Shown in pieces: positions 1-13,957 of a stretch of 64,000 nucleotides of DNA (the first letter of the stretch is position 1; each line of letters opens with the position of its first letter). The notes below the pieces were generated by a model, which was not told the origin of the DNA, ran no database searches, and was given only the letters and a program-made list of their open reading frames with translations. The translations under genes were made by a program, and so were the position numbers. The DNA is from Octopus sinensis. Its lineage: Eukaryota. The stretch lies in NCBI RefSeq assembly GCF_006345805.1, contig NC_043000.1, forward strand, positions 163,990,001-164,054,000, in the 5' to 3' direction.

Positions 1-1581
1 ACATTTTCACCATATTACAGCATAGATTCAGGCCATTACACTATTCGAAAACTATACATAAATAATACATGGCGGTTTCAACGAACGTCGCCAACATTAT
101 TTTAATTCTATCGATACTGGCCATGGTTTCGACTCCATTCCTTGCTACTCACAACAAAATTAACGTAATTATAAAACTTTTAAAAGAACACAAAATGTTG
201 GCTAGAAAACTATCGCTCAGGTCACCAAGCGTAAGTAATATGCAAAAACGTATCTGCAGTCTCCCCCGAATAGAACGCCACAAGGTTCCCACCTGTATCT
301 CACACTTTTCAACTAACATATATATACGATCTTCTCACATTTCTTCAAAATATACGCCCAGCATTCAACGCAGATGGCTTCACAGTCACATGTACCTAAC
401 ACTTCCTAACACAGCTGCAGAACAACTGCAAACCTACATCAGCTACCCAGGAATCCATCTCAACGACAGCAGTAGTCTCTACCTAATCCACCATCTTTCT
501 TCTTATCAGCGACACTAGGGAGCATCAATTGCAACCAGTCATCAAACACAAAAAACAAACGTACGACATACACAAAAGACAAAAATACTAGGAATTACAT
601 TTCAGTAACATCTTTACAGCGTATATAAAAGATATAATAAAGAAAGTGAAACGTCACACAAAGAGCTTCCACATATGCCCGCCCAAAGTAAAAAGAAACA
701 ATGACAATACTTTCGATCCATCATTTATTCTGCCAGTCTTCCTCGACCCCAATCTCTCCACAGGAAATCATAAACAACCAACAAATAACGCAATACACAT
801 ACGATCATAGCTTCATACAGACCACACCCACGAAATCTTATACAAGAAAACAAAAGTACTAAAAATATGAGATCACCTGGACATACCCAGGTATTTTGTC
901 ATGTTTTGTTTTGTCTTGTTTTTTTAGTTTTTTGTAGGAATGAGTTAGAGTAAGCTGCAAACCCTACCGTTTTTGCCATTACATATCAAATTAAACCCTG
1001 AATATCTACATCATTCCAAGCAAGTGCAACAGCAATACCATAAGAAAACCTCTCCTGCATGGATCAGACAAAGAAACAAATATCTATGGCTACACCAAAA
1101 CTGTACAATTCTATGTTTCTGGAATGAGGATTTTTTTATTATGTATCAGTCGGGCTGGTGTCCTCATCTTGATTGTTGCTTTCACTACGTTTCTTAGCTG
1201 AGTACGCTCCAGGCTTCTTCAGGTATCTTGTGATTCACCTTGTGATACCTTGCCTGGGATTGAACTCAGAACTTCTAGGTGACTGCACTACATTAACCAG
1301 TGCCTTCATCCACTATGTTGTAGCAGTAGGTAATGTCAGGGGAATCGCGAGACAGTAGAAGAAGGCTGGAGCAGACACCACCGAAAAGTTGTGGCAGAGG
1401 AGACACTTCTCCCACTAATACATAATACGCAAAAACAGCTTGGACATCAATGGCCATCATTAAATTCAAGAGAACTGCTGAACTACATGACACTAATAAT
1501 AAGCTAGAGAAAATATCAACAGTCACGTTCGAAGTTCACCTACCTCCACAAATGGTGGCCACATCAGAATCTACTAGCATG

Positions 1582-2750
1582 TATCAGGTCATCCCATAAG
1601 TTCTGTCCGAATTTCGAATAAAGAAAACAAGTGATCAAATGTAATATTTAATTGAAATTTTATCATCAATGTACTTTCCCTGATTATCTATGACTTCCTT
1701 CCATCTATTTACAAGCTTTTTTATCCCATCAATGTAAAACTATTTTGGTTTCAAAACGAAGAACTCTGAAATGTCAGTTTCGACCTCCTCCTGGCTTGCG
1801 AAAGTTATGTCCCCCAAATAATTCTGTAAAACTACGAAACAAATGGTAGGCTGAAGGAGCAAAGTCGAGAGAATAAGGTGGATGAGGAACTTTTTCCCAA
1901 CCAAGCTCTTCGATCTTCCATCATGTGATCTTCGCAGTGTGGGCTCGCGCATTGTTCTGGTGAAACATCACTCCTTTTCGATTCACTAAAGCGGGACTTT
2001 TTTCCTTCAAAGCTTGGTTCAAATGCTCTAATTGCTGACAGTAGAATTGAGCATTGATTGTTGCATTAGGTGGTAACAATTCAAAGTGAATTACTCCTTT
2101 GCAATCCCACCAGATAGAGAGAAGACCCTTTTTTCCATGAAGTTCCCTTTTCGGTTGTGGTTGAGTTTTTTCATTTTTACCAAGCCACTGTTTACGAAGT
2201 TTAACATTTCGATAGAAGATCCATTTTTCGTCACCAGTCACAAGTCTATCCAAAAAGGGAGAAATGAGTTCGCGAGAATGGAGAGAAAAGCAGATGTCAA
2301 CTCGGGATTTGCGGTTGCTTTCGGACAATTCATGAGGCACCCATTTTCCAAGTTTAGGAAGCTTTCCAAATTATTGAAGATGGCGATGAACAGTTGTATG
2401 GTTTGCCAATTCTTCAACTGATAATGCAGGATTTTATTCAAGTAATGCCTCGAGGAGCTTATCATCAAACTTAACTGGACGTCTTGTTCGATCTTCATCT
2501 TCAAGGCTGAAATCTCCGCTTCGGAATTTTGCAAACCATCTTCTGCAAGTTCTTTCCTTCAAACATTCTTTCCCATAAACTGAGTGTATGTTTCGAGTCG
2601 CTTCGGCTGCAGAGTTTCATTTTTTGTACTCATAAAGCATTATGTGCTTCAAATAATCTTTAACTACTTCCATGTTAGAAAGGGTTTTGATCAAAGAAAT
2701 TTCAATTCTATTATTCTTTAGGAAGAAGGAAAAGTTCACTTTGCCGGGAT
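1582..2750 (-). mobile_element. Mariner (Tc1/mariner, Mos1-like DD34D) DNA transposon relic; transposase pseudogene about 2673 to 1655
   Basis: Minus-strand translation across stops and frameshifts gives MEVVKDYLKHIMLYEYKK*NSAAEATRNI, RRWFAKFRSGDFSLEDE, GKWVPHEL, LVTGDEKWIFY, HQNNARAH and PHPPYSLDFAPSAYHLFRS. TA followed by TIR-like TCAGGTCATCCCATAAGTTCTGTCCG at 1582-1613. The matching 5' TIR was not found, so the right boundary is approximate. Confidence 0.93.
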
Positions 2751-2819
2751 TTGAAATCTGAATGTAAAGAGTCATCACAAATACCGCCCTTTGACAGCCA
2801 ATAATTGATTTCAAATTTT

Positions 2820-3003
2820 GCCACAAGGGGAGGGATTCAGTCAGTTACATTGACACCAGTGCTCAATTGATACTTATTTCATCGACCCGAAAGAATGAAA
2901 GGCAAAGTCGACCTCGGTGGAATTTGAACTCAGGAACGTAAAGACGTACAAAATGTCGCTAAGCATTTGCTCCGTGTGCTAGTGATTCTGCCTGCTCATT
3001 GCT
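2820..3003 (-). mobile_element. tRNA-derived SINE, family 1 (degenerate copy)
   Basis: Reverse complement of the family consensus seen many times in the window (GTTCAAATTCC B-box; GTCGACTTTGCCTTTCATCCTTTCGGGGTCGATAAA body). Confidence 0.85.
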
Positions 3004-3742
3004 AATAATTAATAAATAGACCATTAATATAGTGTCGTCATAAGCATATATGTATAAAGAAGTCATATGCGGTCTATTCTTTTACTTGTTTCAACTTAAG
3101 AGTTGTGGCTATGCTGGAACAATGCCACTGGTGTTACTGCATCTTCGTTAATCCTCGTTTAAAAGTTTGATGTTTCCTGTCGTGAAGTTAATCCACCCAG
3201 GACTCTCGACGGTAGAAAATCCAGTTCTGTTTAGAAGACATCTACATCCAACCCATGTATGTCTTGGAAGTCCTTCTGAAGGATACTGAAGAGTTTTACT
3301 TCCCTGAATCCTGAGCTATTGCAGTATCTGATCATGTATTTTGATGACAAGAGTCAGATATTTGGCACTATGCAATGATGCACTTTTCAGGTGTTGGTAT
3401 AATTTTCAATTCCTAAGTTTAAGACAAGTAATTCCAGGATCTTCCAGATGTATATTACGGCCTATCTTCCCCACTACGACCCAGAGAGTAGATTTTTAAC
3501 CCTTTGAGTCTTTTTCTAGCAGCTAATCTGCCGCATTGAAGCGAGCTTCTTCACGCAGTTCGTTTGATTGCTTCGAGTATGTTTAATAAATATGCATTTA
3601 TTGCGGCTAAAGACTAACTTCACAATAGCTACTCCCTCTGTAACGAGGAAATGGAAGGTGCCGCATCGTGAAATAGAATCTGGAACCGTGTGGTTACAAT
3701 CGAGCTTCTTAACCACAAAGCAATTCTTTGTTTTTTTATTTC

Positions 3743-3794
<52 letters not shown>

Positions 3795-3856
3795 GTAGTA
3801 GTAGTAATAATAATAATAATAATAATCATAATCATAATAACAAAAATAATAATAAT

Positions 3857-3891
<35 letters not shown>

Positions 3892-3973
3892 TAATAATAA
3901 CAATAATAATAATAATAATAATAACAACAACAACAACAATAATAACAATAATAATAATAATAATAATAACAAA

Positions 3974-4038
<65 letters not shown>

Positions 4039-4045
4039 TAATAAT
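3743..4045 (+). repeat. (AAT)n microsatellite, target tract of the Dong-like element
   Basis: Direct inspection. Confidence 0.97.
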
Positions 4046-7000
4046 ACGAACAATGTTTACGTGCAGAGAATCCTAAACTGACAGATCCGTCTCTTAATGT
4101 AAGAGTCGAAGCTCGTCATGCTTCAATGTCAACAAAACAACCTACAATCCGCGATGGTCGGCGAGCGGACTACAAAAGACCACGTACCCGAAAATTGAAC
4201 CAAAGTCTGATTGAAAAATCAGCTACTGGATCAAATCTTTCCGACACACAGGAGCTGGACGTACTCCGCAACTGGAATATTCCAACAGATGGCCATCCAT
4301 GCTCGTCACCAAACACTCAAAAGAAAAAGAAGGAAAAATGGACTAGGGAAGATAATAAAGAAGTTCTTGCTGCCTTCTACCATGCCATATATTTCCCCAC
4401 AGATAAATCGAACACTATACAAACCTACATAAACTGGAGACTGAAACACCCTACATAGACAGTAACAAACTTGCCAACGTCAGAAGAAACATTATAAAAA
4501 AAAAATTACGGACTGAAGTAGAGATTGATCAAATTAGACAAGCAGTAACGGATAGAATGAACGAAGCTGCAGCTAGAGAAGATAATACAGAGGAAATAAT
4601 TATAGACCAGCTCAGAGCTAATAAAAACGAAGTAAGGATTGAAAGAGTTAGTATAAGTGATAGGCAAAGTGAAATACTCCCTGAACCAAATATAAACACT
4701 AAGACAGATGAACATCAAATAGATGAAGAAAGTCACACAAATATTGACCCGACAGAACTACATGAGCTAAAAAGTCAAATCATGATTGAATGGCTGAAAA
4801 TTAAAGAAACCAGTATGGATGAACGTGATACACTCCCTAAAATCCGCAACTCTAACCAAAACATGAAAATAATTGGTAGAACCCGGCTTGCACTTAAGGA
4901 TATAATTTCAGCTAATGATGTTGATATCATAGATCTCAACCACCTATACTATGCATCCGCGAAAATCTCAACGATCCTATGTGGTGAAAAGATTAGAAAA
5001 CGGCAACATTTCCACAAAAAGCCTTCTTGGCAAGGGCGTTTGCAACAACAAATTAAACTATTTAGATCTGACATTGAATATTTGAAAAACCTTAAGGTTC
5101 ATAAGACTACCAAACCTACAAAAACCCAAAAACTAATGAAAAAATATAATATGAAAACTATACTTGATATTGATGCCACCATAGAAACCATCAAACAAAA
5201 GGTATCTGCCAAAGCTGCCCGCATAGCGAAGTATGAAAAGCGTGTTAGATTCTTCAGGGACAACAACATGTTCAAAAATAATCCCAAAAATTTTTACAGG
5301 AAGATAGGAAAAACAACAGTTACTGTAAAGTCTGTACCATCAAAAGAAGAAGTGCAGGGATTTTGGAATAAAATTTGGGCAGAAGAAAAATCACACAGCG
5401 AAAAGGCCCCCTGGATTGATAGAATATCTAAAGAACTGGACTCCTTAGAAGAGCAAAAGTGGGAGGGTGTCAAGGTAGAAGATATAAGATCTGCTCTCAG
5501 GAGGTCAAGCAAATGGAAGTCTCCAGGAAAGGATAAAATCCCTAACTTTTGGTTGAATGCCTTCCCAGAGAGCCATGAACTGCTAACAGAACTTTACAAT
5601 GATGTTTTGCAACACCCTAGTAGGATGCCTCCTTGGCTAGTTAATGGGTTAACATTCCTGCTTCCAAAAAGTGAAGAAACAAATGAACCAAAAAACTATA
5701 GACCCATAACCTGCTTAACAACTATGTATAAAACACTAACATCTGTCCTGACGGAATATACCTATAGTTTTTTGACAGACAGCAGCATATTCCCTAATGA
5801 ACAGAAAGGATGTAAACGTGGATCCTACGGTTGTAAAGATCAACTACTCATCAATAAGATGATCTTAGAAGATTGTCACAAACGACACAAAAACTTATCA
5901 ATAGCCTGGATAGACTATAAAAAGGCTTTTGATAGCCTACCACATAGCTGGATTAAGAAATGCCTAGAAATGTATAAGATAGCACCTGCTCTGCGAAACT
6001 TTTTGTCTGTAAGTATGAGATCATGGAGAACCACACTAACTCTGAACAGTGACAATGAATCTCTAAATGCTGGTGAAGTAAAAATTTCATGTGGCATTTT
6101 CCAGGGTGACTCACTATCACCACTCCTCTTCTGTTTAGCCTTAATACCTCTCTCAAAACTGCTCAATGACGCGCAGTACGGGTATAAAATGTTTGATAAA
6201 AATGTAAATCATCTCATTTACATGGATGATTTAAAGCTCTTTACAAAAAATTACCAACAACTCAAGGGCTTACTAGCGATTGTCAAACAATTCAGTGATG
6301 ACATCAGAATGCAATTTGGCCTCGATAAGTGTGCAAAAGATACCTTTATCAAAGGAAAAATGACAGAAACATCTAACGTTAACCTTGACTAGCAGAATGT
6401 CATAAAAGAATTAGACCCAGCAGAGAACTACAAGTACCTAGGGGTAATTGAAGGGGACGGAATAGGGCATTCAGAGATGAAGGAAAGGATCAGGAGAGAA
6501 TGTTATCGCAGAGTAAGAGCAATACTCAAGACAGAGCTGAATGCGAGAAACAGGATCGAAGCGATCAATGCATTAGCCATACCAGTCGTGACTTACAGTT
6601 TCAGTATCGTTAACTGGTCAATTACTGAAATATGTAATCTTGACAGAAAAATTCGAAAACTGTTGACAATGCATAGAATGCACCACCCTAAGGCAGATAT
6701 AGAACGACTTTATCTGCCAAGAAAAGAGGGAGGCCGTGGACTTTTACAACTGGCAATAACAATGAAGATTGCTACAATTGGCCTAGACACCTACCTGAAA
6801 AACTCTGAGGACTAGATGTTAAAACTTGTCTCAAAACATGAAAACAAGAAAGCATCATACTCAGTAACAAAACAGGCAAAGGAATATCTAAGTGAATTCC
6901 GAATACAACAAATTTCGGAATTAGAGATAGACATACAAGAAACAAGCACAGAAAAAGCTAAGCGCATGAAAACCCGTGCTAAATCTGCGGCCTTAGATAT

Positions 7001-7938
7001 TCTGAATGATAAATGGCAAGAAAAACCTCTCTATGGCAAATACCCAAAGAGAGCAAATAATGCAGATATTGACAAAGCCCTGACCCATCAATGGCTAATG
7101 GCCTCTGGCTTAAAATCTGAAACAGAGGGGTTTATCATAGCAGCTCAAGATCAATGCCTACCAACAAGAAACTATCAGGTCAACATATTAAAGAACGGCA
7201 GTAGCCCAACATGTCGTGTATGTCGACAACAAAATGAAACCATTGACCATGTTGTCTCCAAGTGCAGTCTTCTAGCGCCTACAGAGTATCTCAACAGGCA
7301 TGATAGAGCTGCACAATATATTCACTGGGTAATCTGCAAAAACCTGGATTTGCTCCATGAAAAAAACTGGTGGGAACACAAACCACCTCCAGTGCTTGAA
7401 AATGACTACATCTCACTCCTCTGGAACTTCCCCATTCAAACTGACAGAAAGATAGATGCAAATAGGCCAGACATCATATTGAAAGACTTCAAACAAAGAA
7501 CATGCCTCCTCATTGATATGACTGTCCCAAACGATATAAACGTATCTGTCAAGACCTACCAAAAACTGAGCAAATATAAAGATCTGGAAGTAGAAATCAG
7601 CAAAATGTGGAACCTGAAGACTAAAACAATACCTGTTGTCATATGTGCCCTGGGAATGATAGCAAAAGGGGTTGATCGCTACCTAACTCAGATACCAGGA
7701 AACCCCAAAATGGCAGAAATTCAAAAGATAGTGCTCATGGGAACTGCTCATATCCTACGCAAAATACTTTCTATGTAATCTCAAGGTTTAAAACAAACAT
7801 ACTTTTATTTTTGACATTCACTAGTACAACACTAAATACAAAACCAAATATATGGCACACTAGGCATAACAACATCACGAACTTCTAACCTGTTGTCTCT
7901 TGAGGTCTCTGGGTGAGACTTGGGGCCAACTTGTACAA

Positions 7939-7945
<7 letters not shown>
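4046..7945 (+). mobile_element. Near full-length R4/Dong-like non-LTR retrotransposon (RT plus CCHC finger plus restriction-like endonuclease), subfamily A
   Basis: One reading frame 4557-7778 interrupted by only two TAG codons (6390, 6813). Motifs: KSPGKDKI, NYRPITCL, EQKGCKRGSYGCKDQL, WIDYKKAFDSLPH, GIFQGDSLSPLLF, YMDDLKL, CRVC..ETIDHVVSKC and ANRPDII..LLIDMTVP..KLSKYKDL (PD-D-K RLE). The N-terminal KWTREDNKE segment is frameshifted at about 4450-4505. (AAT)n flanks both sides. Confidence 0.95.
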
Positions 7946-7971
<26 letters not shown>

Positions 7972-7974
<3 letters not shown>

Positions 7975-10153
7975 CTGTTCCCAGAAGAGCAGAAAGGATG
8001 CCGCAAAGGCTCATATGGCTGTAAAGATCAACTAATGATTAATAAAGCCATAACTGAAGACAGCCACAGAAAGAAGAAAGGCCTCAGTATGGCCTGGATT
8101 GACTACAAAAAGGCGTTTGATAGCATCCCCCACACATGGATCCTCGAAACACTAGCCATTAACAAAGTAGCACCAACAATCATAAAATTCATAGACCACT
8201 CTATGAATAAATGGCAAACAGTCCTACACCTCCAAACAAAAGAGGGACTCATGAAAACCAAAGACATCCCCATTAGAAGAGGAATATTCCAGGGAGACAC
8301 GCTCTCTCCACTCCTTTTCTGCTAGACACTGTCACCTCTATCTGATATATTAAATAGAACTGGATGCGGATATAAATGTTACGGCAAAACGATCAGCCAC
8401 CTTTTATATATGGATGACCTAAAACTATACGCTGCAAATGACAAACAGCTGGAAACACTATTAAAGACAGTTCATGGATTTACCAAAGAAATAGATATGA
8501 AATTTGGATTAGAAAAATGCGCCAAAGTAACCATGAAAAGAGGAAAACTAGTTAAGAGTAACAACATCACACTAGATAAAACCAATGAAATAAAAGAATT
8601 AGACCAAAGCCAAACATACAAATACTTAGGAATCCATGAACTAGATAAGACACAACACACACAAATGAAAGAGAAAATAAAAAAAGAATATTATAGACCA
8701 GTTAGATCAATACTAAAAACAGAGCTCAATGCTAAAAACAAGATAATAGGTATCAACACTTTAGCTGTCCCAGTTATAAGTTACAGCTACAATATCCTTA
8801 ACTGGACACTAAATGAACTGACCAAAATAGATAGGAAAACAAGAAAAATAATGACAGGATCTAGGATGCATCACCCAAAATCTGACATAGAAAGACTATA
8901 TATACAACGTATAGAAGGTGGTAGAGGCCTTATACAGCTGGAAAACTACTATAAAATAACCACCATAGGACTGCAAAAATATCTACTTCAGAAGGAAGGA
9001 AAACTGATCCAGATAGCGGCAAAACACGAGCAAAACAAAAAACTGTTCTCAGTATTTAAGGAAGCTGACAAATACAAACAAGAAATCACACCACCTAATA
9101 AACATGAAGAAGAAGAAGAAGAAGAAGAAGAAGAGAAGAAGAAGAAGAAGAAGAAGAAGAAGAAGAAGAAGAAGAAGAAGAAGAAGAAGAAGAAGAAGAA
9201 GAAGAAGAAGAAGAAGAAGAAGAAGAAGAAGAAACAACAAAAGCTATAAAACAAATGAAATCCAAACTAAAAATAGAACAGCAACGAACCATGATAAAAC
9301 GATGGCAAGAAAAGCCCCTTTATGGTAAATACTGCACTAAACTAAACGCAAAAGAAATAGACAAAGAAAAATCCCAGCAATGGTTGAGAAGCTCAGGACT
9401 CAAAGCAGAAACAGAGGGATTTTTAATTGCAGCACAAGACCAAAGCCTCCCCACCAGAAATTACCAAAAACATGTAATGAAAAGAAATATTACAAGTAAC
9501 TGCAGAATATGTGGAGATGGACAAGAAACAATAAATCATATTATCTCTAGCTGCCCAGTCCTGACTAAGAAGGAATATATTCACAGACATGACAGAGTTG
9601 GAACCTACATACATTGGAAGCTATGCCAACATTATGGAATAACAACAGAAAAAAGATGGTATAGGCACACACCAGAAAAGGTCACAGAAAACGAGAAAGC
9701 AACCATACTCTGGGATATGCCGATACACACAGATAGAGAAATTAAGGCCAACATACCAGATATAGTTGTCAGAGATCATGAAGAAAAAATATGCTTTCTA
9801 ATTGATGTATCAATACCGGCTGATGACAACGTGTCTCTAAAAGAAATGGAGAAACTCTCAAAATACAAAGACCTGGAAATAGAGGTAACTAGAATGTGGA
9901 ATCTGAAAACAGAAACAATTCCTATCATAGTAGGTGCATTAGGCATGATAAAAAATATTCAGACAAATACATAACAAAAACACCAGGACTTACAAACACA
10001 TATAAAATTGCACTACTAGGCACTGCACACATCCTACGCAGAACACTTTCCATACAATAACCATCAGAGCACACAACAAATCACAGCACATACCCAAGGC
10101 ACACAGAGCTGTGCTCGGTAGTGAAGTGAAAGCACGCTATAAAAATAAAACTA

Positions 10154-10156
<3 letters not shown>
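7972..10156 (+). mobile_element. 5'-truncated R4/Dong-like retrotransposon, subfamily B
   Basis: Starts mid-RT (KLFPEEQKGCRKGSYGCKDQL). Contains YMDDLKLY, CRICGDGQETINHIISSC and IKANIPDIVV..LIDVSIP. The 3' UTR ends GAAAGCACGCTATAAAAATAAAACTACTG followed by (AAT)n. Confidence 0.95.
9106..9233 (+). repeat. (GAA)n expansion inside the Dong-B coding region
   Basis: About 128 bp of GAA repeats with one 2-bp slip. The homologous site in the copy at 32377-32400 has only 8 codons. Confidence 0.95.
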
Positions 10157-10233
<77 letters not shown>

Positions 10234-10235
<2 letters not shown>

Positions 10236-10789
10236 GCCCTGATGCAGTACCAGGCAGTGGCTCTCATGGCTTCTGATCTTAACTGATTGGAAGTGTTATC
10301 ATGTACATTGTTTTGTCTTGGTATAAAAGATGAGCTACAGCAAATATTCTCCTCAATACCACAGATTTGCTTGTCAGTTGTTTGACCTTAACCAGTTGAG
10401 CATGTCCCTTAGTGGCTGACGATATGTGCATCTCTGATCACGAGCAGAAGTAGTGGGGGAGCATCATAGCCATGTGTTGAGAGGGATTCTTTGGGGTTTG
10501 AATAATTCACCTCTGGAAACATGGGTGGTTCTTTCAACATCCTTAAACAACCCTTATTCAGGGACCTTTTGAGCGGGATGGGTTACTCAACCTGAAGAAA
10601 ATTCTAACTGGGCCCCCACCTGCAAGGTCATGCGCTGTTTATCTTGATATGAGATCACCATGTCGTGCACATATGGTCGTGATGCATGTGCCTGGTGTAC
10701 CCTTATCAGACGGGTAGTCATGATGGGTATATTGGGCTTCGTATATTTTACCCCAGTGTCACTTTGATGGCATGAATGCTCTCTCACTC
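10234..10789 (+). mobile_element. About 555-bp non-coding (AAT)n-embedded interspersed element, copy 1
   Basis: Same sequence at 10891-11445, and reverse-complemented at 27902-28457, 28490-28716 and 26600-26938. Ends ATGCCCTGATGCAG...GCTCTCTCACTC abut AAT repeats. No TIR and no ORF. Confidence 0.85.
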
Positions 10790-10826
<37 letters not shown>

Positions 10827-10890
10827 TAATAATAATAATAATAATATAATAATAATAATAATAATAATAATATAATAATAATAATAATAA

Positions 10891-11445
10891 ATGCCCTGAT
10901 GCAGTACCAGGCAGTGGCTCTCATGGCTTCTGATCTTAACTGATTGGAAGTGTTATCATGTACATTGTTTTGTCTTGGTATAAAAGATGAGCTACAGCAA
11001 ATATTCTCCTCAATACCACAGATTTGCTTGTCAGTTGTTTGACCTAACCAGTTGAGCATGTCCCTTAGTGGCTGACGATATGTGCATCTCTGATCACGAG
11101 CAGAAGTAGTGGGGGAGCATCATAGCCATGTGTTGAGAGGGATTCTTTGGAGTTTGAATAGTTCACCTCTGGAAACATGGGTGGTTCTTTCAACATCCTT
11201 AAACAACCCTTATTCAGGGACCTTTTGAGCAGCATGGGCTACTCAACCTGAAGAAAATTCTAACCGGGCCCCACCTACAAGGTCATGTGCTGTTTATCTT
11301 GATATGAGATCACCATGTCGCGCACATATGGTCGTGATGCATGTGCCTGGTGTACCCTTATCAGACGGGTAGTCATGATGGGTATATTGGGCTTCGTATA
11401 TTTTACCCCAGTGTCACTTTGATGGCATGAACTGCTCTCTCACTC
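10891..11445 (+). mobile_element. About 555-bp (AAT)n-embedded element, copy 2 (tandem with copy 1)
   Basis: Near-identical to 10234-10789 at an offset of 657 bp. Confidence 0.85.
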
Positions 11446-11491
<46 letters not shown>

Positions 11492-12004
11492 TAATAATAA
11501 TAAAATCATCGTCATCGCCACCATCATTAGCAGCAGCGATATTTTTTCGTGTTTTGTCGATTTTCATTTTCTTGTTTTGCAGTCTTCGATTATTCATTGC
11601 TTCTTTCACTATTTTTGCGTTTTGGGTTCCAATTAAAAGTGAAAAATTCCTGACTTTTTCTGCGAAGCTTTGTTATTCTTTGCTCTTATTGTTTTATTAT
11701 GAAACAATGATGGCGAAACAATCTATAGAATTTATAAGATGATGGGGAGGAGGCGGCGGGGGGGAGGAGACGGAGCATAAAGGAGGGAATAAGAAAAAAG
11801 AAAGAAATATTTTTTCTGTCTTTATTCTATTGTCGTTCCTTCTTTCTTTTGTTTGTTGTTCGTGTGTGTGTGTGTGTGTGTGCGTGTGCGTGCGTACGTA
11901 TGTGTGTGTTTATAGATGCATTGAATAATTGTTGCAAGCAGCGCCATAAAAGGCTTGGTCATCCTTTGCAGTTGTCTGTTGTCTTCCTGGCAACATAGAC
12001 GTTG

Positions 12005-12082
12005 ATCTCAATTGCTATTATCATCATTATCATTATTATCATTATTATTATTATTATTATTATCATTATTATCATTATCATT

Positions 12083-12113
<31 letters not shown>

Positions 12114-12139
12114 TATTATTATTATTATCATTATTATTA

Positions 12140-12177
<38 letters not shown>

Positions 12178-12224
12178 CATTATTATTATTATTATTATTA
12201 TCATTATTATCATTATCATTATTA

Positions 12225-12303
<79 letters not shown>

Positions 12304-12308
12304 CAGTA

Positions 12309-12348
<40 letters not shown>

Positions 12349-12434
12349 AATTTATTATAATTACGATTTGTATTAGCATTAATGTTAATTATTATGAAAG
12401 CATTATTATCCAAGAACATACTTATGATTACTTC

Positions 12435-12493
<59 letters not shown>

Positions 12494-12500
12494 ATGGTCG
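12005..12500. repeat. Compound (ATT/ATC)n and (AGT)n microsatellite
   Basis: Direct inspection. Confidence 0.95.
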
Positions 12501-12621
12501 TCGTCGTCGTTATGGTGGTTGTGGCTGAAGGGAGAGAGGGAGGCAGAGTGTTCTCGTTAGTATTGGCCCTGTATTGTATAAGTGGCCATAGAAGAGCACA
12601 GTAATCAATAGCTAATTTCAA

Positions 12622-12664
<43 letters not shown>

Positions 12665-13121
12665 GAATAAATAAAAATAAAAAGGATAAGCAGTGAAGGG
12701 CAAAGAGAGAAAGAAAATATATATATATATATGAAACAGAAAGAACGATAGAAGAAGGGAAAAAAACAAATAATAAAAATATTAAAAGAAAATCAAAAGA
12801 AAGAAATCAGATAAAGAAAAGCAAAATTGGATGCTAACAATAAAGTGGCTGAAATTAAAGCTTCTGTCTACGGTTCCCTTGGTTACAACGAGCGAAACTA
12901 GCAAGCTTTTCCTCAGTCTTTTGTATTCAAGTTTTGCCACATTGTGGTAGTAATGGCGCGAGTTTTGCCTTTTCTTTTGTTGTTGTTGCTGTTATTGTTT
13001 CAGTGTTGCTCTTCTTATTCTTCTTCTGACATATGTCTAGTAAACAAAATACACTCACATACACACACACACATCTATACAGACACGTACACACATATAC
13101 ACATACATACACATTTATATG

Positions 13122-13164
<43 letters not shown>

Positions 13165-13269
13165 TATATATATATGTATGCATGTATGTATGAGTACCTT
13201 CATTTCTGAGTACCTCATTTCTTCTAATATATGTGTATGTATATATGTACACACACACACACATACATA

Positions 13270-13311
<42 letters not shown>

Positions 13312-13312
13312 C

Positions 13313-13348
<36 letters not shown>

Positions 13349-13680
13349 ATAATATAACTTAGAAAACTTCGAAGGTTTTGGCCAGTATTGGCCCAGGCCA
13401 TGTCTAACTTAATAGCACCACCTGGCGAAGTCTTTCAATTCAGGATTTGGGCACCGAGGCCCATTCGAGCAGAGAGTTATTGTTTATATATATATATATA
13501 TATATTATATATATTATATATATATATATATATTATAGTATGTACGTATGTATGTATTTATGTATGTATGTATGTATGTATGTATGTATGTATGTATGTA
13601 TGTATGTATGTATATATATGTATATATATACTATATATATATATATATATATAGATATATATTATATATATATATATTAT

Positions 13681-13730
<50 letters not shown>

Positions 13731-13957
13731 TATATATATATATAATATATATATATATATAGATATATACAAAATGAGAAAATGGAGAAATATACCTAAA
13801 TCATTCATCAACTATCAGATAATACCGAATCATATACTTATTAAAACACTACACAAGAGCATTAATATTAGACATTAATACAGTACAATAATTACAATCA
13901 ATATAATGAGATATAACTAAATAAATATAACAAGATATAAAAATACATATACATTAT

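Noticed and set aside
69-518. 149-aa ORF at the window start
   Set aside because: No recognisable motif in any frame. The composition resembles decayed repeat sequence and I cannot assign it.
1185-1230. Hammerhead-like CTGAAGA..GAAAC on the minus strand
   Set aside because: Stem II is bulged, there is no valid UH triplet after stem III, and no stem I partner. At most a very old remnant.
3629-4076. Poly-I/L/Y/N/M ORFs here and throughout the window
   Set aside because: They are translations of AAT/ATT/TA/CA microsatellites.
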